From the NCBI GenBank assembly GCA_963826785.1, contig CAWGYD010000001.1, positions 1-64,000 of the forward strand: a DNA stretch of 64,000 nucleotides, given 5' to 3'. The position numbers and the translations under genes are program-made. Under the pieces are notes generated by a model that was given only the letters and a program-made list of their open reading frames with translations, ran no database searches and was not told where the DNA came from. Shown piece by piece: positions 19,963 to 32,400 of this stretch. The stretch's first letter is position 1. Each line of letters starts with the position of its first letter. Source of the DNA: an uncultured delta proteobacterium. GTDB lineage: Bacteria; Desulfobacterota; Desulfobacteria; Desulfobacterales; Desulfosalsimonadaceae.

Positions 19963-20703
19963 ATGTCCAAATCGATCATGATCACGGGTGCCTCCTCCGG
20001 AATCGGAAAGGCACTGGCCTACGAAATGGCGAAAAGGGGATATTCCATCGGTCTGACCGGAAGGCAGGTAGATGAACTGAAAGCCATCCGCGCAGACATT
20101 GAGAAAAAATACGCCCCGGCGGCAATTTCCGTCCGGGGACTGGACGTTACCGACTACGACGACGTCTACCGGGCGGTGGACGAAGTGGCCGCCGACCTGG
20201 GGGGGCTCGATATCGTCTACGCCAATGCCGGCGTGGGACTGGGGGAAAAGGTCGGCCATGGTGATTTCAAAAAGATCCGGCAGACCATTGAAGTCAACCT
20301 GATCGGGGCCATGGCCACCATCGATGCGGGTGTGGCCTATTTCCTGAAAAAAGGCTCCGGGCACGTGGTGGGGGTCAGTTCGGTGGCCGCCTTCCGGGGA
20401 ATGCCCAAAAGTTCGGCCTACTGCGCCTCCAAGGCGGGGATCGCCATTTACCTGGAAGCGGTCCGGGCGGAAATGTATCACAAAAATATCGATGTGACGG
20501 TGCTGTATCCCGGCTATATCGACACCCCATTAAACAGCATGCTCCCGAAACGGCCTTTTCTGATTCCCGTGGAAAAGGGGGCCGCCATTATCGCCGGGCT
20601 AATCGAAAAAAAGGTGAAGTCCTCCACGGTGCCGGCCTATCCCTGGAGCGTGGTGGGGCGGCTGCTTAAGATCCTGCCCACCGGCGTCATCGCCCGGATG
20701 TAA
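19963..20703 (+). CDS. Short-chain dehydrogenase/reductase
   Basis: TGASSGIG, ANAG, YCASK. Confidence 0.92.
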   Translation: MSKSIMITGASSGIGKALAYEMAKRGYSIGLTGRQVDELKAIRADIEKKYAPAAISVRGLDVTDYDDVYRAVDEVAADLGGLDIVYANAGVGLGEKVGHGDFKKIRQTIEVNLIGAMATIDAGVAYFLKKGSGHVVGVSSVAAFRGMPKSSAYCASKAGIAIYLEAVRAEMYHKNIDVTVLYPGYIDTPLNSMLPKRPFLIPVEKGAAIIAGLIEKKVKSSTVPAYPWSVVGRLLKILPTGVIARM

Positions 20704-20713
20704 AAAAAACAGC

Positions 20714-21358
20714 ATGCGCATCTATGCGGCAGGAGACCTGCACGGCCGGGCCGGCCGGCTGTCCCTCATCCGATTAAACATCGACCGGCATCACCCGGAT
20801 GTGCTGGTAGCAGCGGGTGATATCATCAACTACCGGCAGCCGGAAAGGACGCTTGAGAAGTTAAACGGTCTTCCCGTTCCCGTGCTGGCGGTCCGGGGAA
20901 ATTCCGATCCGCGCCGGATGGAGGGCCTGTTTGGGAATTATCCCAATATCACTCCTTTGCACATGCGGCGGCATGAAATCCAAACCATACCGTTTGCCGG
21001 ACTCAGCGGCACCATTCCACTTCCTTTCCGCAACCGCATTGCCATCCGGGAGAAATCCCTCGTCGATCAATTGCTGCCGCTGGTGGGCCGCCAAACGGTT
21101 CTGGTGACCCATTCTCCCCCCTGGGGCGCAACGGATCGGGTGATGAGCCGGTTTCATTCAGGATCGAAACGGGTGCGCGATCTGGTGATTCAAGCGCATC
21201 CCCGTCTGCTGATTTGCGGCCATATCCATGAAGCCGCCGGAGTGGATCGCCTCGGGGAAACGGTGGTGGTCAACTGCAGCATGTCGGCAAACTGCGGGGG
21301 CTTTTTGATCGATCTGAATAGGGATGATCCACCGGTGGTGAATCGATTATCACCTTGA
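20714..21358 (+). CDS. Calcineurin-like metallophosphoesterase
   Basis: GDLHG, AGD, GNSD, THSPP, CGHIHE. Confidence 0.9.
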   Translation: MRIYAAGDLHGRAGRLSLIRLNIDRHHPDVLVAAGDIINYRQPERTLEKLNGLPVPVLAVRGNSDPRRMEGLFGNYPNITPLHMRRHEIQTIPFAGLSGTIPLPFRNRIAIREKSLVDQLLPLVGRQTVLVTHSPPWGATDRVMSRFHSGSKRVRDLVIQAHPRLLICGHIHEAAGVDRLGETVVVNCSMSANCGGFLIDLNRDDPPVVNRLSP

Positions 21359-21374
21359 ATTTCCGAGAGACGGC

Positions 21375-23015
<1,641 letters not shown>

Positions 23016-23090
23016 GTCAATCGCTTAATAGGGATTTTGGCTGAAGGCTGGAAGGGTTGGATGCCTTTATCCTCTTTTTCCTTGAGCCTG

Positions 23091-23735
23091 TTAATAGAGG
23101 GAAGATCGTTTGCGTTTGATGCTGGCGCCCAGGACCATTCCCAGCAGCAGGACGCCCGCGCCGGCCAGAAACCACTTGATGGCCTTTGAAATATCCGCAT
23201 CGGCCGCCCTTTTCTCCAGAGAGGCGATTTTTTCGCCTTGATCGGCTTCCATCCGGGTGAGCCGGTCATATTCCCCTTTGAGTTTCAGGTAATCCGCCGA
23301 GTCCTTTTTCAGCTGATCATAACGGGTGCGAAGATCCGTGCGCTCTTTATCCAAAGCCTCCATCTCGGCGGAGAGCTGCTGGTTTTCATTGGTCAGCGTC
23401 TCGTTTTCCGTCTTGAGTTCGTTGATTTCCCGGCTCATCTGATCGACGGCCCCTTTGAGCCCCCCCAGTTCCAGGGTGGCGGGCTTTTGTGCCGTGAGAT
23501 AGCGGCTGACCACCCAGCCGCTCTTGCCGCTGTCCAGCCGTATCCGTGTCCAGTCGCGGCCGGATTCGACCACATCGACCGTGCTTCCCGACGTCAGGGT
23601 GGCGATGATTTTGTAGTCCACCCCTTTTCCCGCCCGGACCGTGATTTCCGTCAGATCGGTGACATACATGGTTTTCGCCAGGGCCGGTGCGGCACTCCAT
23701 ATGAGAACAAGGCATATCATGGTAAAACGCTTCAT
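23091..23735 (-). CDS. SH3-domain coiled-coil membrane protein (YgiM/TIGR04211-like)
   Basis: Signal peptide, YVTD...RAG.G..YKI...GWV..RYL SH3 domain, coiled coil, C-terminal TM WFLAGAGVLLLG. Confidence 0.85.
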   Translation of the reverse strand: MKRFTMICLVLIWSAAPALAKTMYVTDLTEITVRAGKGVDYKIIATLTSGSTVDVVESGRDWTRIRLDSGKSGWVVSRYLTAQKPATLELGGLKGAVDQMSREINELKTENETLTNENQQLSAEMEALDKERTDLRTRYDQLKKDSADYLKLKGEYDRLTRMEADQGEKIASLEKRAADADISKAIKWFLAGAGVLLLGMVLGASIKRKRSSLY

Positions 23736-23938
23736 GTTTGGATTACTCCCGTTGCACATCTGATTCAGAGGAAAATATTTGTCAGCTATAGTAAAACAGC
23801 GGGTGATATTCAAGTGAAATTCCGAAAAGCGGACGGGTAGGAAAAAGCATGGCCGATAGTCCACATCGATCCGGCTTAAAATCTCGATGTGAATCTGATT
23901 CGCCGTATCCGGATGCCCGTGGAAAATAGAGGGAAGGG

Positions 23939-26113
23939 TTAAATCCGGCAGCCCCGTATCCGGGCGGTGAGGCCGGACAGCCGCAGCTGGGGGCGGTTGT
24001 TGTTCAAGGCGATGGTCAGCGCTTTCGGGGAACCGATCAGGATGACCAGCTTCTGCGCCCGGGTCATGGCCGTGTAGAGCAGATTCCGCTGCAGCATCAC
24101 ATAGTGCCGGGTCAACAGGGGCAGCAGGATCACGGGGTATTCGGAGCCCTGTGATTTGTGGACGGTAATGGCATACCCCAGGGTAAGGTCATCGAGTTCG
24201 TCGATGTCATAGCCCACTTCCCGGCCGTAGAAATTGACCGTAATCCGTTCTTTTTCGACATCCATGGCGCAGATGGTGCCGATATCGCCGTTGAAGACTT
24301 CTTTCTGGTAATTGTTTTTCAGATGCATCACCTTGTCGCCCGGCTTGAATCGCCGGCCGTTGGCCGAGATGCCCGGCCGGGGATTGAGTGCCTTCTGGAG
24401 CCGCTGATTGAGATCGATGGTCCCGGAAATCCCTTTATGCATCGGGGAAAGCACCTGGATGTCCTCCACCGGATCCAGGCCGAACATGTCCGGCAGACGA
24501 TTTGTGCACAGATCGACGATGGCGGCGGCCGCTTTTTCCGGCTCCGCCTGTTCGATAAAACAGAACTCCGTATCGGGGGCAAGATCTGTCCCGGGGGGAT
24601 CGATATTGAAATCCTCCCCGTTTCGGACATGGTGGGCATTGATGATGATGCGGCTTTCGGCGGCCTGCCGGAAAATGGTCTGAAGCGCGAAAACCGGCAG
24701 GGTATCTGCCTCGATCAAGTCGGTGAGCAGGTTTCCCGCACCGATGGAAGGGAGCTGGCAGGCGTCTCCCACCAGGATCAGCCGGGCGGTCAGGGGAATG
24801 GCCTGCAGGAGATGGTGCATCAGGATGATGTCCACCATGGATGCTTCGTCCACGATCACCACGTCGGCCTCTATGGGATTATAGGCGTTTTTGCCGAAGA
24901 TCCGGTCCTCGAAATGGTACTCCAGCAGTTTATGAATTGTGTGGGCGGGCCTTTGCGCGGCATCGGAAAGCCTGCGCGCCGCCCGGCCGGTGGGTGCGGC
25001 CAGGCAGACCCGGCAGCCGGTGAGTTCGAGCATGGCGGAAACGGACCGGATCAGCGTGGTTTTCCCGGTCCCCGGACCGCCGGTGATGATGGCGAACCGG
25101 TGCTGAAAAATCTGCTGGAGCACCTGCCGCTGTTCAGGGGCGAGGGCGATGATCAGCCGCTGTTCAATCCGGGACAGGATCTGCTCCACATCCCGTTCGG
25201 GCGGCGGAACCGGCGTGGAGAGCAGGGTATTGATCCGGTCGGCAACGGCTTTTTCCGCCTGGTACAGGAAAACCGGATATATCAGCCGGGCCGCTTCAGG
25301 GGCTTCGATGGTCTCGATGTGAATCTCGCCGCTCCGGACAAGGACATCGATGACCCCCGCGATGGCGGCGTCATCGAGTTCGAACTGCCGGGCGGCCTTT
25401 GCCAGCAGCGCGGTTTCATCCACGCACACGTGCCCTTCGTTGACCGCCGAGGTGATCAGGTGACGGATGCAGGCTTCCGTGCGCTCCGGGCAGTCGGGAT
25501 CGGCGCCCTGGTTGCGGGCGATCCGGTCGGCCATGGCAAAGCCGATGCCCGGAATGTCGTTTGCCAGCCGGTAGGGAGCGGTTTCAATGATCTGGAGAGA
25601 ATCATCCCCGTAAATTTTAAATATTTTCCCGCAGTAGGAAGGGTTGATGCCGTTTTCCTGCAGCAGCCCCATAATCCGCTGCAGCGTCGTCCGGTGGATG
25701 AACTGCTGGTGAATTTCGTCCGCCCGGCTCTGGCCGATGCCATCGATTTCCATCAGCTTTTCCGGGGTATGTTCGATAACGGAAAGGGTCTGATCGCCGA
25801 AGCGGGCCACCAGCTTTTTGGCGGTAACCCGTCCGATGCCCTTCACGATGCCGGATTCCAGGTAGTTCTGAATGCCTTCGAGGCTTGCCGGCCTCATCAG
25901 GTCCGCGCTTTCAAACTTAAACTGCTGCCCATAGCGGGGATGGGTGGTCCATTTGCCGGCAAACCGGATGGTTTCCCCTGCCCGGGCGCCTGGCAGGTGG
26001 CCCACCACTGTGATGAGCGCATCGGCCGCCGCTGTTTTCATCCGGGCGACGGTGTAGTGGGTCTCCTCGTCATGATAGGAGATCTGCTCCAGCGTGCCTT
26101 CAATGGTGGTCAT
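23939..26113 (-). CDS. recD2: ATP-dependent RecD-like DNA helicase (RecD2)
   Basis: HhH N-terminus, GGPGTGKT, APTGRAA, DEASM, YAITVHKSQGSE. Confidence 0.93.
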   Translation of the reverse strand: MTTIEGTLEQISYHDEETHYTVARMKTAAADALITVVGHLPGARAGETIRFAGKWTTHPRYGQQFKFESADLMRPASLEGIQNYLESGIVKGIGRVTAKKLVARFGDQTLSVIEHTPEKLMEIDGIGQSRADEIHQQFIHRTTLQRIMGLLQENGINPSYCGKIFKIYGDDSLQIIETAPYRLANDIPGIGFAMADRIARNQGADPDCPERTEACIRHLITSAVNEGHVCVDETALLAKAARQFELDDAAIAGVIDVLVRSGEIHIETIEAPEAARLIYPVFLYQAEKAVADRINTLLSTPVPPPERDVEQILSRIEQRLIIALAPEQRQVLQQIFQHRFAIITGGPGTGKTTLIRSVSAMLELTGCRVCLAAPTGRAARRLSDAAQRPAHTIHKLLEYHFEDRIFGKNAYNPIEADVVIVDEASMVDIILMHHLLQAIPLTARLILVGDACQLPSIGAGNLLTDLIEADTLPVFALQTIFRQAAESRIIINAHHVRNGEDFNIDPPGTDLAPDTEFCFIEQAEPEKAAAAIVDLCTNRLPDMFGLDPVEDIQVLSPMHKGISGTIDLNQRLQKALNPRPGISANGRRFKPGDKVMHLKNNYQKEVFNGDIGTICAMDVEKERITVNFYGREVGYDIDELDDLTLGYAITVHKSQGSEYPVILLPLLTRHYVMLQRNLLYTAMTRAQKLVILIGSPKALTIALNNNRPQLRLSGLTARIRGCRI

Positions 26114-26682
26114 GACCCTGCGTCCGATGTGCAAAATTGAGCGATGATCCAGTCGGCGGCACGGGAAAGGTCTTTTACGACAGCATCGGCTGCCATCTTC
26201 TTTTCCAAAAGCATCTTTTGCTCCATTTCCCCGTCTGCGCCCACCAGTACCGACAGGGCGCAGCCCGCGCGGATTGCGCTCTCGATGTCCCTGGCCCTGT
26301 CCCCCACCATGACGGCCCGCGACAGGTCGATATCATGGTCTTTTGCGGCCTGAAGGATCAGCCCGGGTTCGGGTTTGCGGCATTGACAGGCGTCTTTTGG
26401 GTGGTGCGGACAAAAATAGATGCCGGCGATATTTCCGCCGGCCATTTCGATTTCGCGGGTCATACGGGAAAAGATTCTTTCCAGTTCCCCCGGGTCGATG
26501 ATTCCCCTGCCGACGCCCGACTGGTTGGTGATGACAAAGATGGAAAATCCATGCCGGGTGAGCCGGGAAATGGCGTTGATGCTGCCGGGCAGGAAGGTGA
26601 AATCGGCCAGGGAGCGGATGAAATCCGATTCATCGGCATTGATGACCCCGTCGCGGTCCAGAAAAACGGTTTTCTTGGGCAT
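26110..26682 (-). CDS. gmhB: D-glycero-D-manno-heptose 1,7-bisphosphate phosphatase
   Basis: FLDRDGVIN, TNQSG, CPHHP..C.CRKP, VGDRARD. Confidence 0.9.
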   Translation of the reverse strand: MPKKTVFLDRDGVINADESDFIRSLADFTFLPGSINAISRLTRHGFSIFVITNQSGVGRGIIDPGELERIFSRMTREIEMAGGNIAGIYFCPHHPKDACQCRKPEPGLILQAAKDHDIDLSRAVMVGDRARDIESAIRAGCALSVLVGADGEMEQKMLLEKKMAADAVVKDLSRAADWIIAQFCTSDAGS

Positions 26683-26812
26683 CGGCAGTTTCTGCCTTTT
26701 AAAAGAGGTGGTGATTAAGGGCAATATACATGTGCGGCAGGGGTTGTGCAAGCTTTGGGGTAAAATATCGGTCGGGCGGCCGGCGGAAATTTCAGGTGGT
26801 TTTGGCCTTTTT

Positions 26813-27577
26813 TTACTCGTCCCGGGCCACGGTGTAAATATTGGAAAAGCCGGCGGCGCTTAAGCTTTCCTTCTGTTTTTCCGCCTGGTTCAGGGATGAA
26901 AAGCGGCCCACCCGCACCCGGTACAGGACGCGGCCGGCTACATCCGTAAACGGCACGATTTCCACGGAACCCACTTCCTTTTTGAGCCGGTCTCCCAGAT
27001 TCCGGGCATTGGCCTCTTCGGCAAACGCCCCCACCTGGATGGCAAAATCGCCGGTAAAATAGTCCGACTCGGACAGCTTTCGCTGGAAAATCAAATCATC
27101 CGTTCCAATGGCGGTGATCTGAACCTCGGCGGTCCCGTTTTTGATCATGTCCAGTTTTTCGGCCGCGGTGTAGGAGAGATCGATGACCCGGCTGCCGACA
27201 AAAGGTCCCCGGTCATTGATCCGGACCATGACGGTGCGGTCATTTTCCAGGTTGCGGACTTCCACGATGGTGCCGAAGGGAAGAAGCTTGTGGGCTGCGG
27301 TCAGGGCATACATGTCATAGGTTTCCCGGTTGGCGGTCTTCCTGCCGTGAAACGGGTTGCCATACCACGAGGCCCTGCCGGTCTCGCAGAACCGATGGGC
27401 CTTGTCCAGCGGATAATACGTGATGCCGTCTACGACATAAGAATCGGGCGCCTTTTCGGTGGGCGGCAATGCCCGGGGCTGCCTGGGGGCGCATGCTGAA
27501 AAGAGGGCGGCGAGCAGCAGCATGGCCGCCATGAGCCCGGCAAACTTTGCCGGGCGCATGATTAGAGCCTGTCTCAT
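26813..27577 (-). CDS. rlpA: Septal ring lytic transglycosylase RlpA (lipoprotein with SPOR domain)
   Basis: Lipobox LFSAC, ASWYG..FHGRKTA, INDRGPF, IDLS; C-terminal IQVGAF SPOR domain. Confidence 0.92.
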   Translation of the reverse strand: MRQALIMRPAKFAGLMAAMLLLAALFSACAPRQPRALPPTEKAPDSYVVDGITYYPLDKAHRFCETGRASWYGNPFHGRKTANRETYDMYALTAAHKLLPFGTIVEVRNLENDRTVMVRINDRGPFVGSRVIDLSYTAAEKLDMIKNGTAEVQITAIGTDDLIFQRKLSESDYFTGDFAIQVGAFAEEANARNLGDRLKKEVGSVEIVPFTDVAGRVLYRVRVGRFSSLNQAEKQKESLSAAGFSNIYTVARDE

Positions 27578-27591
27578 AGGGGTGATCCGGA

Positions 27592-29940
27592 TTATTGCTT
27601 CAGGGCGATTTTCAAGACGTCGCGCATTTTGTCCGCAAAATGAAAGACAATGGCGGATTTTACATTTTCCGGCACGTCTTCCAGGTCTTTTTCGTTCCAT
27701 TTGGGCATGATGATGGTATTGATCCCCGCCCGGTGGGCGGCCAGAACCTTTTCCTTGATCCCGCCCACGGGCATGACCTGGCCCCGAAGGGTGATTTCAC
27801 CGGTCATGGCCAGATCTTTTGAGGTGGTGGAATCGGTCAGCAAAGACGCCAGGGCGGTGAGCATGGTCACCCCGGCGGACGGCCCGTCCTTGGGGATGGC
27901 GCCGGCAGGCACGTGAATGTGGATGTCATGATCCTTGAAATAATCCTCGTCGATTTTCAGGCTCTTGGCATTGGACCGGATATAGCTCAACGCCGCGGTG
28001 GCCGATTCCTTCATGACCTCCCCCAGCTGGCCGGTGAGGGTCAGTCGGCCCGAGCCTTTCATGGCGGTGGCCTCGATGAACAGAATATCGCCTCCGGCCT
28101 CGGTCCAGGCCAGGCCCATGACTACCCCGGGGGTGGACACCCGCTGCTTCATTTCATTGGTGGTCCGGATCGGTCCCAGGTATTCGGATATGCTGTTCGT
28201 GCCGATCTTGATGGATTCGGCCTCGCCTTTGGCGATCTTGCTGGCCACTCCCCGGCAGATATTGGCGATTTCCCGCTCCAGGTTGCGCAGCCCCGCTTCA
28301 CGGGTGTATCCGGAGATGATCTGCTTGACGGCGCCCTGGGTAAAGGAGATCTGTTTGGAGTTGAGCCCGTTGGCCTCCCGCTGGCGGGGAATCAGGTAGC
28401 GCACCGCGATCTTGATTTTTTCTTCCAGGGGGTATCCCGACAGCCGCAGGACCTCCATCCGGTCCCGCAGGGCCGGCGGGATGGTGTCTAAAATATTGGC
28501 GGTGGTGATAAACATGACATGGGACAGATCGAAGGCCAGGTCCAGGTAATGATCTTCAAAAGAAAAGTTCTGCTCCGGGTCGAGCACTTCCAGGAGCGCG
28601 GATGACGGATCGCCCCGGAAATCGCTGCCCACTTTGTCGATTTCATCGAGCATGAACACGGGGTTGTTGGAGCCGGCCCGGCGGATGCCCTGGATGATCC
28701 GGCCGGGCAGGGCGCCCACATAGGTGCGGCGGTGTCCGCGGATTTCAGCTTCGTCCCGGATGCCGCCCAGGGCGATGCGGATGAATTTGCGTCCCAGGGC
28801 GTTGGCGATGGATTGCCCCAGGGAGGTCTTGCCGGTGCCCGGCGGACCCACGAAACACAGGATCGGCCCCTTGATGTTGGGATTGAGCTTTCGCACGGCC
28901 AGGTACTCGATGATCCGGCGCTTGGCCTTTTCCAGTCCGTAATGATCCGTGTCGAGAATCTTCTGGGCCTTGTCCAGGTCCAGGAGGTCCGGCGTGCTTT
29001 CCTTCCAGGGAATTTCGAGTATCCAGTCCAGGTAGGTCAGGGCCACGGTGTATTCGGCGGATGACGGATGCATCCGGGCCAGTCGGTTGAGTTCCCGCTC
29101 CGCATCCTTGGCCACGTGCTCGGGAAGGTCCTTTTCCGCAATCTTTGTCCGGTATTCCTCCACCTCCACCCGGGTTTCGTCGCTTTCGCCCAGTTCGCTC
29201 TGGATGGCCTTGAGCTGCTGCCGCAGGTAATAATCCCGCTGCTGCTTGTCCATGTCCCCCTTCACCTGGGACTGTATCTTGCTGCCGATTTCTAAAATTT
29301 CGATCTGATAATTGACCAGCCGGGTGACTTTTTTGAGCCGTTCCTTGACATCCAGCGTTTCCAGGATGTCCTGCTTTTCCTGGGTGGAGGAATTGATGGT
29401 GGAGGTAATCATGTCTGCCAGGATATCCGGTTCATCCAGCGATTTGGCCATGGAGGCGATTTCGGGCGGCAGTCCCGTGGACAGGGAGACCACCTGCTGG
29501 TAGAGACCGAGCAGGTTGGCCATCAGCGCCTGGATTTCCTTGTCCATGGTCCAGTTGACGGTCTTGTGGGCGATGCGGGCCTCGAAATACGGCTCCTGCT
29601 TCGTATATTTTTTCAATTCGAACCGGCCGATTCCCTGCAGGAGCAGCTGGGCCTTGTTTTCATCTGCTTTGGCCATTTTGAGGATGACCGCGCTGGTTCC
29701 GAACGTATACAGTTCATCCGTCGTATATTCGGGCTGCGGTTCGGATGATTTGGATGCCACCGTGCCGATGATGCGCTCCTTGGACATGGCATCGTCGATG
29801 AGCTGGATCGATTCTTTCTGAAAAACGATCAGCGGCAGCACCATTTTGGGGAATAAAACCACATCGAACAGGGGCAATATGGGCAAAACATCGGGAAGTT
29901 TCTCGGGCGGCTGGTTCGCGCCTTTCTGCTGCTGTTGCAT
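27592..29940 (-). CDS. lon: ATP-dependent protease La
   Basis: [34 protein letters not shown]. Confidence 0.97.
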   Translation of the reverse strand: MQQQQKGANQPPEKLPDVLPILPLFDVVLFPKMVLPLIVFQKESIQLIDDAMSKERIIGTVASKSSEPQPEYTTDELYTFGTSAVILKMAKADENKAQLLLQGIGRFELKKYTKQEPYFEARIAHKTVNWTMDKEIQALMANLLGLYQQVVSLSTGLPPEIASMAKSLDEPDILADMITSTINSSTQEKQDILETLDVKERLKKVTRLVNYQIEILEIGSKIQSQVKGDMDKQQRDYYLRQQLKAIQSELGESDETRVEVEEYRTKIAEKDLPEHVAKDAERELNRLARMHPSSAEYTVALTYLDWILEIPWKESTPDLLDLDKAQKILDTDHYGLEKAKRRIIEYLAVRKLNPNIKGPILCFVGPPGTGKTSLGQSIANALGRKFIRIALGGIRDEAEIRGHRRTYVGALPGRIIQGIRRAGSNNPVFMLDEIDKVGSDFRGDPSSALLEVLDPEQNFSFEDHYLDLAFDLSHVMFITTANILDTIPPALRDRMEVLRLSGYPLEEKIKIAVRYLIPRQREANGLNSKQISFTQGAVKQIISGYTREAGLRNLEREIANICRGVASKIAKGEAESIKIGTNSISEYLGPIRTTNEMKQRVSTPGVVMGLAWTEAGGDILFIEATAMKGSGRLTLTGQLGEVMKESATAALSYIRSNAKSLKIDEDYFKDHDIHIHVPAGAIPKDGPSAGVTMLTALASLLTDSTTSKDLAMTGEITLRGQVMPVGGIKEKVLAAHRAGINTIIMPKWNEKDLEDVPENVKSAIVFHFADKMRDVLKIALKQ

Positions 29941-30187
29941 GTATTACCTCCGGATACCTGTTGAACTATTCATTCCATTTCGCATTCAGACGCCGTCAGT
30001 GCGGATTGCGTTACATACCCGAAGGGCGGCAATCTCCGCTGACACGCGTGGCCATTTTGGAATGGGAAACGAAAATCAGTATATTCGAAAATCAGAACAT
30101 CAATCATGTCGTCGTAAACCATCAAACAAGTGGTCATGAATTTAGATGCGGGCTGGCGCCGCCAACCGGTCCGGGCTTAATGCCCGT

Positions 30188-30634
30188 TTATTCTCCGGTA
30201 ATTGGAATATCCTGACGGGATTCCACGACCAGCTTGGCAATGCGGATATGAAGAAGCCCTTTTTTATAGCTGGCGTTTACTTTTTCCGTATCAACGGGGA
30301 CGGGCAGATAGAGGACCCGCTCAAAGGTCCCGTGCTGGATTTCCGCCAGGCGATACCGGCCTTTGGGCGCCGGCTGCTTTCCCGGCCGTTTGCCGGCGAT
30401 CCGCATTGCCCGCGTATTGATCTCCAGCTGGAGGTCTTCCTTGTCGATGCCGGCCAGCTCCACAATGATAAAAATTTCATCCGCGGTTTCATAGACGTCC
30501 AGCGGCGGTTTCCATGAGCTTCTGGCCAGTGAGAACATCGGGTGCATGGATTGAAACATTTCGGCGATGGTTTCGTCAAACCTTGATCCCATTCGGTCAA
30601 AATCATTGACGAAACGAATCTTAATATAGTCCAT
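30188..30634 (-). CDS. Hsp20/alpha-crystallin small heat shock protein
   Basis: WKPPLDVYET, ELAGI, G.FER.L.LP, ASYKKGLLHI. Confidence 0.9.
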   Translation of the reverse strand: MDYIKIRFVNDFDRMGSRFDETIAEMFQSMHPMFSLARSSWKPPLDVYETADEIFIIVELAGIDKEDLQLEINTRAMRIAGKRPGKQPAPKGRYRLAEIQHGTFERVLYLPVPVDTEKVNASYKKGLLHIRIAKLVVESRQDIPITGE

Positions 30635-30711
30635 CTGCGGCTCCTGTAAAAAAATAAAAATGGATGCGCATGTCCCGCTATCTGCATCCAGGCTGACAAC
30701 GAATTATCATT

Positions 30712-30739
30712 AGTTTAAACATTTGTAAAGAAGAGTCAA
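30712..30739 (-). promoter_or_regulatory. Putative sigma70 promoter of hsp20-lon
   Basis: TTGACT-16nt-TAAACT on the minus strand. Confidence 0.4.
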
Positions 30740-30859
30740 ACGATTTGAAACGGCTGCAGATAAGGATGATGCGAAATAATCTGAAATAAAGTCGAAAATC
30801 TATGCTTTAAATGATTTCGGTCGTTCTAAAACGATCATGATCTCGTGAATCAATGCAAC

Positions 30860-30897
30860 AAAAAAGGGTTTACAGGCTTCTATGCCCGTAAACCCTT
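30860..30897 (-). terminator. Intrinsic terminator after tRNA-Val
   Basis: AAGGGTTTAC...GTAAACCCTT stem followed by a T-run on the minus strand. Confidence 0.75.
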
Positions 30898-30905
30898 GTC
30901 ATTTC

Positions 30906-30980
30906 TGGTAGGCGGTAGAGGATTTGAACCTCCGACTTCTACCGTGTGAGGGTAGCACTCTCCCGCTGAGTTAACCGCCC
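30906..30980 (-). tRNA. tRNA-Val (CAC)
   Basis: GGGCGGTTAACTCAGCGGGAGAGTGCTACCCT-CAC-ACGGTAGAAGTCGGAGGTTCAAATCCTCTACCGCCTACCA folds as a cloverleaf with encoded CCA. Confidence 0.96.
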
Positions 30981-31024
30981 GCGTGATTACGTGATTAAAT
31001 CTTTAATGTGCACCCCGGGGCAAG

Positions 31025-31648
31025 TCAAGCATTATTTTCCTCGGGGCCTGCATTTATCGGGTCAAATGGGTCCTCTGCTGATTCGGCTTCGGTGGCCGGC
31101 TGGCGGGATAAGAGCGTGGATAAATCCATTCCCTCGATGTCTTTGGGCGTGGGGAGGTCTTTTAAGCTTTTCAAATCAAATGTCTCCAGAAATCTGGGGG
31201 CGGTGGCGTATACCAGGGGCCTTCCCGGGATTTCCCGCCGGCCCAGAACGCGGATGAGCTTTCGCTCCATCAGGATGCGCAGCGTATTGCCGGAATTGAC
31301 CCCCCGGATCTGTTCGATTTCACTTCGCAGAACCGGCTGGCGGTAAGCGATGATGGACAGGGTCTCCAGCGCGGGTTTGCTCAGGCGCGGCGGGGTCGGC
31401 TGGACGACCCGCCGGATCCATTCCTTGTATTCCGGCCTGGATCTGAACTGCCAGCCACCGGCGACCTCATGCAGCATGAACCCGCCATTGCGGACCGCGT
31501 AATCGTCCTTCAGCGCCTCGATGGCGGACCTGACCGCCTCGGTTCCGGCTTCCGGCATGGCCTGGCTGATCTGCTCAAGGGAAAGCGGGCTTTGTGATAC
31601 AAACAGCAGGCTTTCGACAATGGCTTTAACGGGGATGGCTTCTGACAT
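31025..31648 (-). CDS. scpB: SMC-Scp complex subunit ScpB
   Basis: LSKPALETLSIIAYRQP, IEQIRGV, GRPLVY.T..FLE.F. Confidence 0.95.
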   Translation of the reverse strand: MSEAIPVKAIVESLLFVSQSPLSLEQISQAMPEAGTEAVRSAIEALKDDYAVRNGGFMLHEVAGGWQFRSRPEYKEWIRRVVQPTPPRLSKPALETLSIIAYRQPVLRSEIEQIRGVNSGNTLRILMERKLIRVLGRREIPGRPLVYATAPRFLETFDLKSLKDLPTPKDIEGMDLSTLLSRQPATEAESAEDPFDPINAGPEENNA

Positions 31649-31665
31649 AGACGTTTACGGATTCG

Positions 31666-32388
31666 TTATTTATAGTACAGCCTCAGGACATGATGCCGTC
31701 CCGCCTGGGCGATCCGGACCAGCCTGAGCTTGACGATCTCCAGTATGGCCAGGAAAGTGACGATGATGTCGGATTTATCCGGCTGTATCGGCAGCAGTTC
31801 ATGAAAGGCGATGGTCCCTTTTTCCTCGATGATGTTGATGATTTCAGTCATGCGGTCTTTGACCGACACCCGTTCGGCGGCGATATGGAGGCCCTTGCTG
31901 TCCTCGGATTTTTCCAGCAGGGAATAGTAGGCCACAATCAGGTCATACAGGTCTGTCTTGATCACCTCTTGTGCCGGGTCGATCTCATATGGCCTGGGAT
32001 CGGCGGTCCGGACAAACACATCCTCATCGAGAATGCTGCGTTCGGCCAGCTGCTCCGCCACGGACTGCATCTGCAGGTACTGCATGAGCTGGTCGGCAAT
32101 TTCCAGCCGCGGGTCTTCCCCCTCTTCGGCCTCCGGGTCGGATCTGGGCGCCGGCAGCAGCATCCGGGATTTGATATGGGCCAGGGTGGCGGCCATCACC
32201 AGAAATTCGCTGGCGATATCCACATTCAGTGATCGCATCCAGTCCAGGTAGGCTAGAAACTTTTCCGTGATAAATGAAATGGGAATATCATAGATATCCA
32301 GCTCATTTTTTTTGATCAAATGGACCAGGAGGTCCATGGGACCCTCGAAGATATTTTCCAGCTTGATTTCATAGGCCTGCTGCGTCAT
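31666..32388 (-). CDS. scpA: Segregation/condensation protein ScpA
   Basis: FEGPMDLLVHLI, EFLVMAATL..IKSRMLLP, VTFLAILE. Confidence 0.95.
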   Translation of the reverse strand: MTQQAYEIKLENIFEGPMDLLVHLIKKNELDIYDIPISFITEKFLAYLDWMRSLNVDIASEFLVMAATLAHIKSRMLLPAPRSDPEAEEGEDPRLEIADQLMQYLQMQSVAEQLAERSILDEDVFVRTADPRPYEIDPAQEVIKTDLYDLIVAYYSLLEKSEDSKGLHIAAERVSVKDRMTEIINIIEEKGTIAFHELLPIQPDKSDIIVTFLAILEIVKLRLVRIAQAGRHHVLRLYYK

Positions 32389-32400
32389 GGGTGCCCTGGA

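Noticed and set aside
24158..26140. 660-aa antisense ORF over recD2 (similar cases at 4251-5243, 17265-18488, 32320-33390, 34936-36045, 43836-45089, 48387-49598)
   Set aside because: Shadow ORFs produced by GC-rich codon bias on the opposite strand of well-supported genes; no recognisable motifs.
30661..30690. RNA thermometer or CIRCE element upstream of hsp20 (TGGATGC...GCATCCA hairpin)
   Set aside because: The hairpin does not sequester the RBS and does not match the CIRCE consensus.
30860..30980. tRNA-Val as an occupied integration site
   Set aside because: No integrase and no duplicated tRNA 3' end seen; flanks are core genes and a terminator follows directly.
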